Below are positions 39,440-49,056 of a stretch of DNA of 64,000 nt, one piece after another. The translations under genes and the position numbers were made by a program. Source of the DNA: an uncultured Candidatus Rokubacteria bacterium (GTDB lineage: Bacteria > Methylomirabilota > Methylomirabilia > Rokubacteriales > CSP1-6). The DNA is taken from positions 32,001 to 96,000 of the forward strand of contig CAVWFS010000009.1 of NCBI GenBank assembly GCA_963754315.1, written 5' to 3'. Position 1 is the stretch's first letter. The number at the start of each line of letters is the position of its first letter. Under the pieces are notes generated by a model that saw only the letters and a list, made by a program, of their open reading frames with translations, did no database searches and was not told where the DNA came from.

Positions 39440-39587
39440 TTGTGATCTTCGCCACGAGGCCCTTGGTGTCAACCTTGACGGGGCTCGGCGCCTGCGCCCG
39501 CGCGGACCGAGAGCCCGCCAGAAGAGACGCCAGTGGAAGGGCCAGGGCCACGTGCTGCAGGAGATCACGTCGCGTCGTGGAGTCCAT
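39440..39587 (-). pseudogene. 5' fragment of a Tat-exported protein
   Basis: GAGGAGG RBS, MDSTTRRDLLQHVALALPLASLLAGSRSARAQAP... then protein-like character is lost at the TA leader. Confidence 0.5.
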
Positions 39588-39660
39588 AGAATCCTCCTCG
39601 CGTGTCAACTGGCCGCGGCGGTCGTGCCTGGCCGGGTTGGGCTGGAGTAAGATGCGGGCC

Positions 39661-40671
39661 ATGACCACCCAATTCGGGCTCTTCGTGACGAACCAGCATC
39701 CTCCCCACGAGTCTGCGGCCGAGCGCTGGCGGGAAACGGTCGAGCAGGTGCGGCTGGCGCGCGATCTCGGGTTTGACCTGGTGCTGCTTGGCCAGCACTT
39801 TCTGGCCACTGAGTTCCAGATGCTGCAGCCCACGGTGGCGGCGGCGCGCCTGGCCGCCGACTCCGGATCGATGCGGATCGGGGTGACCATTTACCTGCTG
39901 CCGCTCGTGAATCCGGTTCAGCTCGCCGAGGAGGCCGCCTCGCTGGATGTCATCACCGGCGGCCGGTTCATCTTCGGGATTGGGCTCGGCTACCGGAAGG
40001 TCGAGGACGACGCCTTCGGTCTCGCTCCCGGCGCACGGGTCTCGCGCGCCCGCGCGCATCTTGAGGTGATCACGAAGCTGTGGGCGGGCGAGCCGGTTGA
40101 CTACACCTCACCGTCCTGCACGCTCCGCGGGGCGACGACCTTGGTGCGGCCGGTGCAGAAGCCGCGGCCGCCGATCTGGGTGGCGGCCAACAACGACCGC
40201 GCGGTGGAGCGGGCGGCCGAGATCGGCGACACCTGGATCGTGAATCCCCACGCGACCTTGACGACCATCGCCCGTCAGCTCGACCTGTTCCGCGCGACGC
40301 GGGCACGTCTCGGCAAGACTGTGCCAGCCGAGATCCCCGTGATCCGCGAACTGTGCATCGGGGAGACGCGCAACGAGGCCGCGCGCGTGACGCGGCCGCA
40401 TCTGGAGCGGAAGTATCAGGCCTACGTGGCGTGGGGTCAGCACAAGGCGCTGCCCGGCGACGACGACATGACCCAGACGTTCGATGATCTGGCCCGCGAC
40501 CGATTCATCATCGGTGATCCGGGCGAATGCGCGGCCGAGATCCAGCGCACCGTCGAGCGAACGGGCGCCACGACGCTCATCTTTCGCCTGCACTGGGCGG
40601 GGCTGCCGCACGAGGCCGTGCTGCGCGGGCTTCGACTGCTGGGCGAGAAAGTTCGCCCCCTCGTCCGGTAG
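39661..40671 (+). CDS. LLM-class flavin-dependent oxidoreductase
   Basis: ARDLGFDLVLLGQHF, PVQLAEEAASLDVITGGRFIFGIGLGY, PVQKPRPPIWVA. Confidence 0.9.
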   Translation: MTTQFGLFVTNQHPPHESAAERWRETVEQVRLARDLGFDLVLLGQHFLATEFQMLQPTVAAARLAADSGSMRIGVTIYLLPLVNPVQLAEEAASLDVITGGRFIFGIGLGYRKVEDDAFGLAPGARVSRARAHLEVITKLWAGEPVDYTSPSCTLRGATTLVRPVQKPRPPIWVAANNDRAVERAAEIGDTWIVNPHATLTTIARQLDLFRATRARLGKTVPAEIPVIRELCIGETRNEAARVTRPHLERKYQAYVAWGQHKALPGDDDMTQTFDDLARDRFIIGDPGECAAEIQRTVERTGATTLIFRLHWAGLPHEAVLRGLRLLGEKVRPLVR

Positions 40672-40683
40672 GCGCGCCCGCGG

Positions 40684-41478
40684 CTACGTCGCGTGGGAGG
40701 CGGCGAGCTCGCGCAAGCAGTCGGGCCCCATGGCCGTGAGGGGCGTGAAGTCGCGGTGGGCGATCCACTCCGGGCGCTTGAATCGGCGGATGGCGTTGTC
40801 GGCACGATTCAGGCTGACATAGACGATCTCGCGGCCCCAGGGCGACATGTTCGGCGGCGAGCCGTGCACAAGATTGCAGTGGAAGAAGAGGGCCGAGCCC
40901 GGCGGGCCCTTCGGGGCCACGATGCCACCCTCGTTGGCCAGGCGCGCGATGGTCGCGTGGTCGATGGTCCACAGAGGATAGCTGGTTGTGGTCACGTCGT
41001 GCCCGGCTCCCAGCTTGCCCTTCTTGTGCGACCGCGGAATGAAGAAGAGTGGACCGTTGAACTCGGTTACCTCGTCCAGGAACACCGCGAGGTTCATGGC
41101 GCGCGGCTCCGGCATGTCGTCATCGGCGGCCCATGTGCCGTAGTCCTGATGCCACTGCCACACGTCGCCGTCGAAGGCGGCCTTGCCGTTGATCTTGAAC
41201 TGGTGGATGTAGATCTGGCCGCCCAGCATTTGTTCGGCCGGCCCCAGAAACTTCGGATGGTGTACGAGCCGGCGGAACACCTCGTTGTACGTATGGACGG
41301 CGAAGGCGGTACGCACCACGTCGCCGGTCCTCTCGCGCACGTTCTCGGGGCGACGCTGGGCGAAGATGGCCGAGACCTCGCCCTTCATGATCCGCACTTC
41401 GTCGGGCCCGAACCAATCGGGCAGAAACAGGTAGCCCTCGTCGTGAAACTGCGCGAGCTGAGCGTCAGTCAACTTCAT
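40684..41478 (-). CDS. Fe(II)/2-oxoglutarate dioxygenase, PhyH family (EctD-like)
   Basis: FHDEGYL, WQWHQDYGTW, NGPLFFIPRSH, LVHGSPPNMSPWGR. Confidence 0.9.
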   Translation of the reverse strand: MKLTDAQLAQFHDEGYLFLPDWFGPDEVRIMKGEVSAIFAQRRPENVRERTGDVVRTAFAVHTYNEVFRRLVHHPKFLGPAEQMLGGQIYIHQFKINGKAAFDGDVWQWHQDYGTWAADDDMPEPRAMNLAVFLDEVTEFNGPLFFIPRSHKKGKLGAGHDVTTTSYPLWTIDHATIARLANEGGIVAPKGPPGSALFFHCNLVHGSPPNMSPWGREIVYVSLNRADNAIRRFKRPEWIAHRDFTPLTAMGPDCLRELAASHAT

Positions 41479-41616
41479 GGGCTCGCCTCCCGCGGTCGTC
41501 TTCCCGCCTTGCGGCACCTGTAGCATACCGCGCACGTCCGGACCAGGCGAACGGCGTGTTACCCTGCCGAAGACCGCTCGACCGATCACCCCCTGCTGCA
41601 GGGAGGACGCGCGCCG

Positions 41617-42811
41617 ATGCCCCGACTCGATCGCCTGCCCCAGATCAACCGCAACAATCTGTTGACGTTCCCGGCGCAGGTCAACGATACGACACCCTAT
41701 GTGTCACTGACCAAGCCCCTCACGGCATGTCGCGTGGCCATCGTGACCACCGCGGGCCTCCACCGGCGCGCTGACCGATTGTTCGGGCCCGGCGATCAGA
41801 CGTATCGCGTGATTCCCGTCGGACACCCCGACGGCCGACATCGTCCAGAGTCACACGAGTCTCGGCTTCGACCGTTCGGCGATCATGCGCGATCTCAACA
41901 TCTCGTTTCCGATCGATCGGCTCCGAGAGCTGGTTGAGCGGGGCGAGGTCGGTAGCCTGGCGCCTCACTGCTACTCGTTCATGGGTGCCCTGCGCGACAC
42001 CGTTCGTCTGCAGAGTGAGACGGGGCCGGAGGTTGGCCGGCGTCTGCGCGAGGAGGGCGCGGAGGTGGCGTTCATCACGCCGACCTGACCCTTCTGCACG
42101 CACACCGGGGGTGTGCTGGCTCGCGCCCTGGAGGAGCAGGGCATCGCCACGACGTCGATCAGCATGGTGCGGGAGCACACGGAGAAGGTGAAGCCGCCGC
42201 GTGCCCTCTTCGTGCCGTTTCCCTTCGGCCATGCGCTCGGTCGACCCAATGATCCCGAGCTGCAGCATCGAGTCCTCCGGGCGGCCCTCGACCTCCTGCG
42301 CGAGCCGGGGGGCCCCGTGCTACGTGATTTCCCCGACGACCTGGAGCCAGGAGACCAGCCAGCTGCCCCCGCCCAGGCCTCCGCCATCACACCGGCGACG
42401 GTCGTCCCGGACGATCCGGCGCTGGAGACGACGCAGATGCGCCAGTACTACGAGCAGTGGCTCGCGCGCAGCGGAGGGCGCACGGCGCTCGGACTCACCG
42501 GCATTCCTCCCACGCGCTTTCGCGGCGTCGTGCGCTTTCTGCAGGGATTCGCCGACGGTGAGGACGTCGACATGACGGAGCGGCCGGAGACGACGCCGCT
42601 GCCGGGCTTCGTCCGCTGGTGCGCGGACGATCTCAAGACTCTGTACTATGAAGGGTACATGGCCATGAAGCCGGGCGTCGGCGGCGACGAGATCACCCGC
42701 TGGTTCTGGGCGGAGACGGCAGCCGGTCAGCTGCTGCGTCGGGTCGCGCGTCGCCTCGATTCGTCCGATGACCCGCGGTGGAAGGCTGCTGCCTTCGGCG
42801 TGGCTCGATAG
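41617..42811 (+). CDS. PrdB/GrdB-family reductase selenoprotein B-like; Sec at TGA 42086-42088; +1 frameshift near 41816
   Basis: RVAIVTTAGLH, DQTYRVIP, SHTSLGFD, DLNISFPIDRLREL, HCYSFMG, then FITPT-TGA-PFCTH in frame with LARALEEQGIAT...KPPRALFVPFPFGHALG. Confidence 0.88.
42086..42116 (+). promoter_or_regulatory. Bacterial SECIS-like hairpin
   Basis: GCACACC-GGG-GGTGTGC stem-loop; G loop starts 18 nt after the UGA. Confidence 0.75.
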
Positions 42812-42825
42812 GCCAGGAGGGCGAG

Positions 42826-43683
42826 ATGAGAGCGACCGCGGAGCGACGCGTGCTGAGAGTGGTGAAGGGGCAGCCGACGTCAGACGGCGCGGGGGTGCGC
42901 CTGACCCGGATGATCGGCACGCCGGAGCTCGACCATCTCGACCCGTTCTTGCTGCTCGATGAATTCAAGTCGGATCGCCCCGGCGACTATCTGGCCGGAT
43001 TTCCCGATCATCCGCATCGCGGCTTCGAGACGGTTACCTACATGCTCGCCGGCGCCATGCTCCATCAGGACCACGTGGGCAACCGCGGCGAGCTGGTGGC
43101 CGGCAGCGTGCAGTGGATGACGGCCGGACGCGGCATCATCCACTCGGAGATGCCGCGCCAGCAGGACGGCCTCATGTGGGGCTTCCAGCTCTGGGTCAAC
43201 CTCCCCGCGCGCGACAAGATGACGGCGCCCCGCTATCAGGATATTCCACCCGAGAAGATTCCCGAGGCCACGCTGGCGCCTGGCGTGCGCGCCCGGGTGA
43301 TCGTCGGCGAGGCTGATCGTGTGCGGGGGCCGGTGCAGGGTATCGCCACTCAACCGCTCTACCTGGACGTGAGGATGGAGCCCCGTGCGCGGCTCCTGCA
43401 TGGACTCCCCCCCGGCCACCACGCGTTCGCGTACGTCTACGAGGGGTGCGCCATCGTCGGCGGCGGTGACGAGGGGCAGACGATTGATGCCGGCCAGCTC
43501 GCCGTGCTGAGCGACGGCGAGCAGCTGAGGGTCGCCACCGGGGATGCCGCCGCGCGCTTGCTCCTGCTGGCCGCCCGGCCCCTGGGTGAGCCCATCGCCC
43601 GCTATGGCCCCTTCGTCATGAACACGAAGGAAGAGATCGCCCAGGCCGTCCAGGACTACCAGCGCGGCACGCTGCTAGGCTAA
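42826..43683 (+). CDS. Pirin family protein
   Basis: LDPFLLLDEF, GFPDHPHRGFETVTY, WMTAGRGIIHSEMP, QLWVNLP, YGPFVMNT. Confidence 0.95.
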   Translation: MRATAERRVLRVVKGQPTSDGAGVRLTRMIGTPELDHLDPFLLLDEFKSDRPGDYLAGFPDHPHRGFETVTYMLAGAMLHQDHVGNRGELVAGSVQWMTAGRGIIHSEMPRQQDGLMWGFQLWVNLPARDKMTAPRYQDIPPEKIPEATLAPGVRARVIVGEADRVRGPVQGIATQPLYLDVRMEPRARLLHGLPPGHHAFAYVYEGCAIVGGGDEGQTIDAGQLAVLSDGEQLRVATGDAAARLLLLAARPLGEPIARYGPFVMNTKEEIAQAVQDYQRGTLLG

Positions 43684-43714
43684 GGTCCTCCCAGCTTCCG
43701 GGCAGGCCCGCTCG

Positions 43715-44878
43715 TCAGCGAGCGGCGGCCGCCTCTTTCTTCAGCTCCGGAATGACGTGCTTGCCGAAGAGCTCGATGGACGACATCACCTTGTCGTGGG
43801 GGATCGTCTCTGTCGCCATGAGGAACTGCAGCTCATCAACGCCGGCCGCCTCGTGGATGCGGATGCTGGCCAGGCAGCTCTCCGGATCACCGGCCACGAG
43901 GACACCGCGATCGACCAGGGTGTCGGCATCGATCTGATTCCAGAGCGCGCTCGCGATTTGTCCGGAGCCGCCCGAGAGATCCACCTCGGGCGCGCCGGCG
44001 GCCCCTTCAGTCTTGAGATAGCGGGAGAAGTTGGCCCTGAGGTGCTCCGGCACGCCGCCCCACGACTCGACGAGCTGCTCGTACAGGTGGGTCTGATCCT
44101 TGAGATAGGGCCGATCGGGCCCGAAAAACGTCCTGAGCGACTTGGCGGAAAGCTCCCGGGCGGCCTTGTTGTCCAGGTCGCAGAATGCCATCGTCGCGCT
44201 GAGCCACTGGTCGTTGATGAATTTCCCCACCGGCTTGGCGTGGCGAACCCGCTCCTTGTACTCCTTGATGTGTGGGGCCAGGTAGCTGGGCGCGGCCACG
44301 CTCAGGGCCATGACCCCGATGCCCTTCTCGGCTGCCAGTTGATAGGTTGCTGGCTGCAAGGCAGCCACCCAGATCCGCGGATGCGGCTTCTGGTACGGCT
44401 TGGGTCGAACCTCGCGGGGGGGGACGTTCCAGAACTGACCCTCCCACGAGAACGTCCCGTCCTCCCAGATCCGGGGGATCATCGCGAGCGACTCCTCCCA
44501 CATGGCCCGGGTGTTTCGCGGATCGATCCCCATGCCGGTCTGCTCGTACGCCGCCGAGCGTCCTGTGCCGAACTCGACCCGGCCGCCCGACAGATGGTCC
44601 ACCATGGCCACCCGTTCCGCCACCCGCACCGGATGGTGGTAGGGCAGGATGACCACGCCGAATCCCAGGCGGATACGCTTGGTCAACCGACTCAGCGCGC
44701 CAAAGATCACCTCGGGACAGGGGGACATCGAAAAGCTGGTGAGGAAGTGGTGCTCCACGAACCACACGGTATCGAAGCCCATCCGATCGGCCAGCACGCA
44801 CTGCTCGATGGTCTCCTCGACGACCGCATGATCGTCCACCACCGGCCGTTGCATCTCATAGGCTAGGCTCAGTCGCAT
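43715..44878 (-). CDS. LLM-class flavin-dependent oxidoreductase
   Basis: ADRMGFDTVWFVEHHF, HPVRVAERVAMVDHLSGGRVEFGTGR, PKPYQKPHP. Confidence 0.92.
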   Translation of the reverse strand: MRLSLAYEMQRPVVDDHAVVEETIEQCVLADRMGFDTVWFVEHHFLTSFSMSPCPEVIFGALSRLTKRIRLGFGVVILPYHHPVRVAERVAMVDHLSGGRVEFGTGRSAAYEQTGMGIDPRNTRAMWEESLAMIPRIWEDGTFSWEGQFWNVPPREVRPKPYQKPHPRIWVAALQPATYQLAAEKGIGVMALSVAAPSYLAPHIKEYKERVRHAKPVGKFINDQWLSATMAFCDLDNKAARELSAKSLRTFFGPDRPYLKDQTHLYEQLVESWGGVPEHLRANFSRYLKTEGAAGAPEVDLSGGSGQIASALWNQIDADTLVDRGVLVAGDPESCLASIRIHEAAGVDELQFLMATETIPHDKVMSSIELFGKHVIPELKKEAAAAR

Positions 44879-44889
44879 CGTTCTCTCCC

Positions 44890-45729
44890 TCACAACCCTT
44901 GCCAGTAACGGCGGCCCTGCAGGCGCACGATCTTGCCGAACCCCGGTGCCTGGAAATGCCCGGCAGCCACGATGATGTCCTCCCGCTCCAGACGGTCGAG
45001 CAGCGCGCGCCGGGTCTGGCGCGTCACCTCCGGATCCATGTCGGCGCGCGAGACCCAGTCGGGCTCCTGGAGCTGCACGGGACTGTGCGCGGCGTCGCCG
45101 AGGACGAGCGCGCGCTCGCCCCGTGAGGTGACCAGGATGCTCATATGCCCTGGTGTGTGCCCGGGTGTGGGCACGGCCGTCAACTCGCGCGTCAGGCTGT
45201 GCTCGCCGTGCATCAGCTCCACCAGGCCGAGGTCGGCCAGCGGCCACACACAGGTGGGGGCATTGGGGAAGCGCGTCGGCTGGACCTCGGGCTGGTGGCT
45301 CGCCTCCCAGTCCTTGGCGCTCATCCAGTAGCGGGCCTTCGGGAAGGTCGGGACATACCGCTCGCCCTCGGCCAGCACGTTCCACCCAACATGATCACGG
45401 TGGAGATGGGTCATGACCACCATGTCCACCTGGTCGGGTCGCACGCCGTTAGCCTGAAAATCCCGCAGGAGCTCGCCCCAGGGGACGTCGGGCGTGTTGG
45501 CGGGCCGGGGGCCGAGACCCGTGTCCACCAGGATCGTCCGCCCGTCGGAGCGTATCAGGTACGAGCCGAGGTTGAAGCGGACCTTGTGCTCCTCGGTGAG
45601 GTGAGACTGGTAGTCGCGCCAGTTGTCGGCGGGGATGGTCGGAAAGAAGTTGCAGAGATCGAACTCGAGCATCCCGTCGGACAGCGCCATGATTTCCACA
45701 TCGCCTACGCGGATGATGTTGCTGGCCAT
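44890..45729 (-). CDS. MBL-fold metallo-hydrolase
   Basis: LVDTG, THLHRDHVG, TPGHTPGH, LGDAAH. Confidence 0.92.
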   Translation of the reverse strand: MASNIIRVGDVEIMALSDGMLEFDLCNFFPTIPADNWRDYQSHLTEEHKVRFNLGSYLIRSDGRTILVDTGLGPRPANTPDVPWGELLRDFQANGVRPDQVDMVVMTHLHRDHVGWNVLAEGERYVPTFPKARYWMSAKDWEASHQPEVQPTRFPNAPTCVWPLADLGLVELMHGEHSLTRELTAVPTPGHTPGHMSILVTSRGERALVLGDAAHSPVQLQEPDWVSRADMDPEVTRQTRRALLDRLEREDIIVAAGHFQAPGFGKIVRLQGRRYWQGL

Positions 45730-45757
45730 GATGGTCTCCCAGGCTCGAAGGAGCGGA

Positions 45758-46276
45758 TCACGAGATGGAGGGCAATCGCTGGTCGGCCACCGGGTTGGCC
45801 ACCGCGTCTTCCAGGGTGCGAGCCGGCCGCCACTCGCTGGCGGGCCGGACGTGGCCGCCGGTTCCGATCTGGTCCAGGCCCCAGTAGATCTCCAGGTTAT
45901 TGCCGTCGGGATCCTGGAACTCGACCGCGATCTGACAGCCCGCGCGTCGCCGTCCCTCGAACACGATGGGCACCCCCTGTTTCTGGAGCCAGGCGCGCGC
46001 CCGGAACACTTCGTCGGGCGAGCCGACCTCGAAGGCGAAGTGGTTGAGGCTGCTGCGCTCGAGCTTCGAGGCGCCCCCCACCAGCGCCACACCGTGATGG
46101 TCGGTATTGCAGCGAAGGAAGACCATGCCGCCCGGTACCATGCTGGCCGGATAGCGGTCGCTGACCTGGAGCCCGAGTATCGCGGTGTAGAAGTCCACAG
46201 CCGCCTCGAGGTCGCTCACGTTGAGCACGACGTGCCCGATCTTCCGCAGCTGGAACCCGAGTGGTGTCTCCGGCAT
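45758..46276 (-). CDS. VOC/glyoxalase (extradiol dioxygenase-like) protein
   Basis: IGHVVLNVSDL, FLRCNTDHH, LNHFAFEV, FQDPDGNNLEIY. Confidence 0.9.
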   Translation of the reverse strand: MPETPLGFQLRKIGHVVLNVSDLEAAVDFYTAILGLQVSDRYPASMVPGGMVFLRCNTDHHGVALVGGASKLERSSLNHFAFEVGSPDEVFRARAWLQKQGVPIVFEGRRRAGCQIAVEFQDPDGNNLEIYWGLDQIGTGGHVRPASEWRPARTLEDAVANPVADQRLPSIS

Positions 46277-46361
46277 GCTCGTTTCTCCCTCCGACGGTGC
46301 GGACACTCTATCAGGAGGGGGTGGGCCCCTGCTAGCGGGCCGTCTCGAGGATAATGGCGCG

Positions 46362-47057
46362 GTGAACGTCCTCTTCGATCTGGATGGGACCCTGACCGAC
46401 CCGCGCGAGGGAATCGTGGCCTGTCTCAAGCACGCGCTGCGTGGTCTCGGCCGCTCGAGCCCCCCGGATGCCGATCTCGCGCGCTTCATCGGACCCCCCC
46501 TGCGCGAGACCTTCGCCAGTCTGCTGGGCTCGGCCAGCCCCGCGGCGATCGACGAGGCGGTGGCCCTGTATCGAGAGCGATTCGCAGCCACCGGCATCTT
46601 CGAGAACGCGCTCTATCCCGACGTCCCGCCGGTGCTGGCGGAGCTGCAGGCGTTGGGGATGACGCTCTACGTGGCGACCGCGAAACCCCAACTCTTCGCC
46701 GAGCGCATCGTCGACCACTTCGGTCTGGCCCGCTTCTTTCACCGAGTGTACGGGAGCGAGCTCGATGGCACACGGGCCGTCAAGCGCGAGCTCATCGCGT
46801 ATATATTGCGAAGGGAGTCGCTGTCGCCCCACTCCACGGTGATGGTCGGCGACCGGGCCCACGACGTGCGGGGTGCCGTCGCCAACGGTGTCCTCCCGAT
46901 CGGGGTGCTCTGGGGGTACGGCTCGCGTGAGGAATTGACGGCGGCGGGCGCCACCGTGCTCTGCGCGCAACCCGCGATGCTCGCCGCGCTTCTGCAATCG
47001 CACGCCATCGATCTGGCTGCGGTTCGTCCATTGCCCTTGGCCAAGCCTCCAGCCTGA
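46362..47057 (+). CDS. HAD-family phosphatase (phosphoglycolate phosphatase/5'-nucleotidase-like)
   Basis: LFDLDGTLTD, VATAKP, MVGDRAHDV, GVLWGYGS. Confidence 0.92.
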   Translation: MNVLFDLDGTLTDPREGIVACLKHALRGLGRSSPPDADLARFIGPPLRETFASLLGSASPAAIDEAVALYRERFAATGIFENALYPDVPPVLAELQALGMTLYVATAKPQLFAERIVDHFGLARFFHRVYGSELDGTRAVKRELIAYILRRESLSPHSTVMVGDRAHDVRGAVANGVLPIGVLWGYGSREELTAAGATVLCAQPAMLAALLQSHAIDLAAVRPLPLAKPPA

Positions 47058-47143
47058 TCTATCCTGGTCCGGCGACAATGAGGCAGCGACGGCGCCAGGC
47101 GGCGCGAAAGGGTGACTTGGTCCGAACGACTGTCGCGCTGGGC

Positions 47144-47992
47144 ATGGGTGGCGGACGTGTCGGGGGAGCGGCGGTGCGGGTGGCCGCACTCGTTCTCCTG
47201 ATCGTGGGAGCGATCCCCATCACCGCCGCTGCCCAGTCGCCTCGCATCTCGATCACCAACGCCTGCAGCTTTCCGGTCTGGATCGCGCAGACTCCGAACG
47301 GAGGCTTTTCTGCTCTCCCGGGCGACGACCCGAACCCGGCCGCGAAGCTCAACGCGGGGCAGACCGTGAACTATTCAATTCCCCCGAACGGGTGGGGGGG
47401 GAGATTCTGGCCGAAGATCGGTTGCGACGAGAACGGCAACAACTGCTTGGCTGGCAGCTCGGTGTCGGGATGTCCGCCCGACGGGTGTGAACCGCCCGCC
47501 GACACCAAGTTCGAGTTCTTCTACGATCCCTTGTCGTCGGGCAAGAGGCCCTACTACGACATCAGCCTGGTCGACGGCTACACCTTGCCCGTCAAGATCA
47601 CGCCCAGCACGACCGACGGCGGGCGCTGCACGACCACGGACTGCGTGGTGGCCGTGAACGCCTGTCCGGCCGACGAGATCGAGGGACTCGGCGACCTTCG
47701 CGTCATCAAGGGCGGGCAGGTCGTGCAGTGTCTGGCCCCCTGCTACAAGTGGGTCTACCCGCCGCCCTACGGAATGAACCGGAACAAGTACGATCCGCCA
47801 GGCAAGCTCATGTGTTGCCCGACCCCGCCGGTGACGGCTGGCGAGTGTCGCGTAGGCCCCGTGGTGCAGACGAAATACGTGCAGCTCGTGCGGGCCCAGT
47901 GCCCGTCGGCGTACAGCTACGCCTATGATGACATTGGCGGCTCGCATGACTGCCCGCCTGGCACAAGCTTCCTGGCGACGTTGTGTCCGTGA
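47144..47992 (+). CDS. Secreted thaumatin-like (PR-5) protein; start codon uncertain
   Basis: Signal peptide; NACSFPVW, GRFWPKIGC, TKFEF, YYDISLVDGYTLP, CPSAYSYAYDD, TLCP; 16 Cys. Confidence 0.92.
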   Translation: MGGGRVGGAAVRVAALVLLIVGAIPITAAAQSPRISITNACSFPVWIAQTPNGGFSALPGDDPNPAAKLNAGQTVNYSIPPNGWGGRFWPKIGCDENGNNCLAGSSVSGCPPDGCEPPADTKFEFFYDPLSSGKRPYYDISLVDGYTLPVKITPSTTDGGRCTTTDCVVAVNACPADEIEGLGDLRVIKGGQVVQCLAPCYKWVYPPPYGMNRNKYDPPGKLMCCPTPPVTAGECRVGPVVQTKYVQLVRAQCPSAYSYAYDDIGGSHDCPPGTSFLATLCP

Positions 47993-49056
47993 CAGATCGG
48001 CGGCTGCTGCTGCTCCTGGGCGCGCTGATGCTCGGCGCCGGCCGCCGGCGCCGCCGACGTCGGCGCGGCAGGGACAGGCGTCATCGTGCCAGCCCGCGGG
48101 GAGTCGCCGTGCCGAGTGCCCTTCGCCCGCTGCCCGGGGACACTCACGGCGAGGCGCGCGCGATCAACGACCTCGGCGAGGTGGCGGGCTCGAGTCGGGG
48201 CGTTGACCATGCCTTCGCCGTGAGGTGGGATCCGCTCGGTAACCCGACTGAGCTGCGACCCCTGCCCGGTCACTACGCGAGCGAAGCCTACGCGATCAAC
48301 ACCTTCGGCGTTGTCGCGGGCGACAGCCACGGCGCCGGCGCCACTGCCGTGGTGTGGGATCGGCAGGGTGTGCCGACTGCCCTCCTACCGTTGCCCGGGG
48401 ACGTGGAGAGCTTTGCGCGCGCGATCAACCGACTCGGGGTGGTCGCCGGGTTCAGCCTGGGGCGACGTGGGATCGGTGTCGTGTTGACCGCCGTGACGTG
48501 GGATCGCAACGGCAGACCGAACGCCCTGCCGCTGCCAGGTACCGCGATCGGCGCGATAGCCCTCGCCCTCAACGCGCGCGGACAGGTCGCCGGCTTCAGC
48601 TTCGGCCCCGACGATGCCGACATCGCCACCGTGTGGGAGCGAGACGGCACGGCCAAGCTCTTGCGGCCCCTGCCAAGGAGGACGAGCAGCGAGGCGCACG
48701 CCATCAATACCGCCGGCCAGCTCGCCGGCGACAGCGGTGACGAGCGCGCCGATACGGCGGTTGCCTGGGGCCGACGCGCGACGGTGCGACCGCCTCTGGC
48801 CGGCGACAGCAACAGCGAGGCATTTGCGATCAACGACGAGGGCGCGATCGTCGGGACGAGCACAGGACTCGCGCGGTCCACGGCCGTGCTGTGGAACCCG
48901 CGTCAACAGCCCGTGGCGCTTCCGCCGCTCAGTGGCCATACCGAGAGCCACGCCTTCGCCATCAATGCCCTGGGCATGGCGGCCGGCGTGAGCCTCGGCG
49001 AGGGCAGCTATACCGCGGTGGTCTGGCACACGCGCCCGTGCGGGGAGGCTCGCTAG
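47989..49056 (+). CDS. Secreted HAF-type repeat beta-propeller protein
   Basis: Seven repeats LPGxxxSEAxAINxxGxVAGxS...AVxW; hydrophobic N-terminus; GTG overlaps the thaumatin TGA. Confidence 0.85.
   Translation: MTDRRLLLLLGALMLGAGRRRRRRRRGRDRRHRASPRGVAVPSALRPLPGDTHGEARAINDLGEVAGSSRGVDHAFAVRWDPLGNPTELRPLPGHYASEAYAINTFGVVAGDSHGAGATAVVWDRQGVPTALLPLPGDVESFARAINRLGVVAGFSLGRRGIGVVLTAVTWDRNGRPNALPLPGTAIGAIALALNARGQVAGFSFGPDDADIATVWERDGTAKLLRPLPRRTSSEAHAINTAGQLAGDSGDERADTAVAWGRRATVRPPLAGDSNSEAFAINDEGAIVGTSTGLARSTAVLWNPRQQPVALPPLSGHTESHAFAINALGMAAGVSLGEGSYTAVVWHTRPCGEAR

Noticed and set aside
40684..41478. ectD / ectoine pathway
   Set aside because: The signature is WQWHQDYGTW rather than FxWHSDFETW, and no ectABC genes are nearby.
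48030..48110. Poly-Arg stretch GRRRRRRRRGRDRR in the propeller protein
   Set aside because: Another frame reads GAADVGAAGTGVIVPARGES, a natural continuation of the signal peptide; probably two compensating indels.
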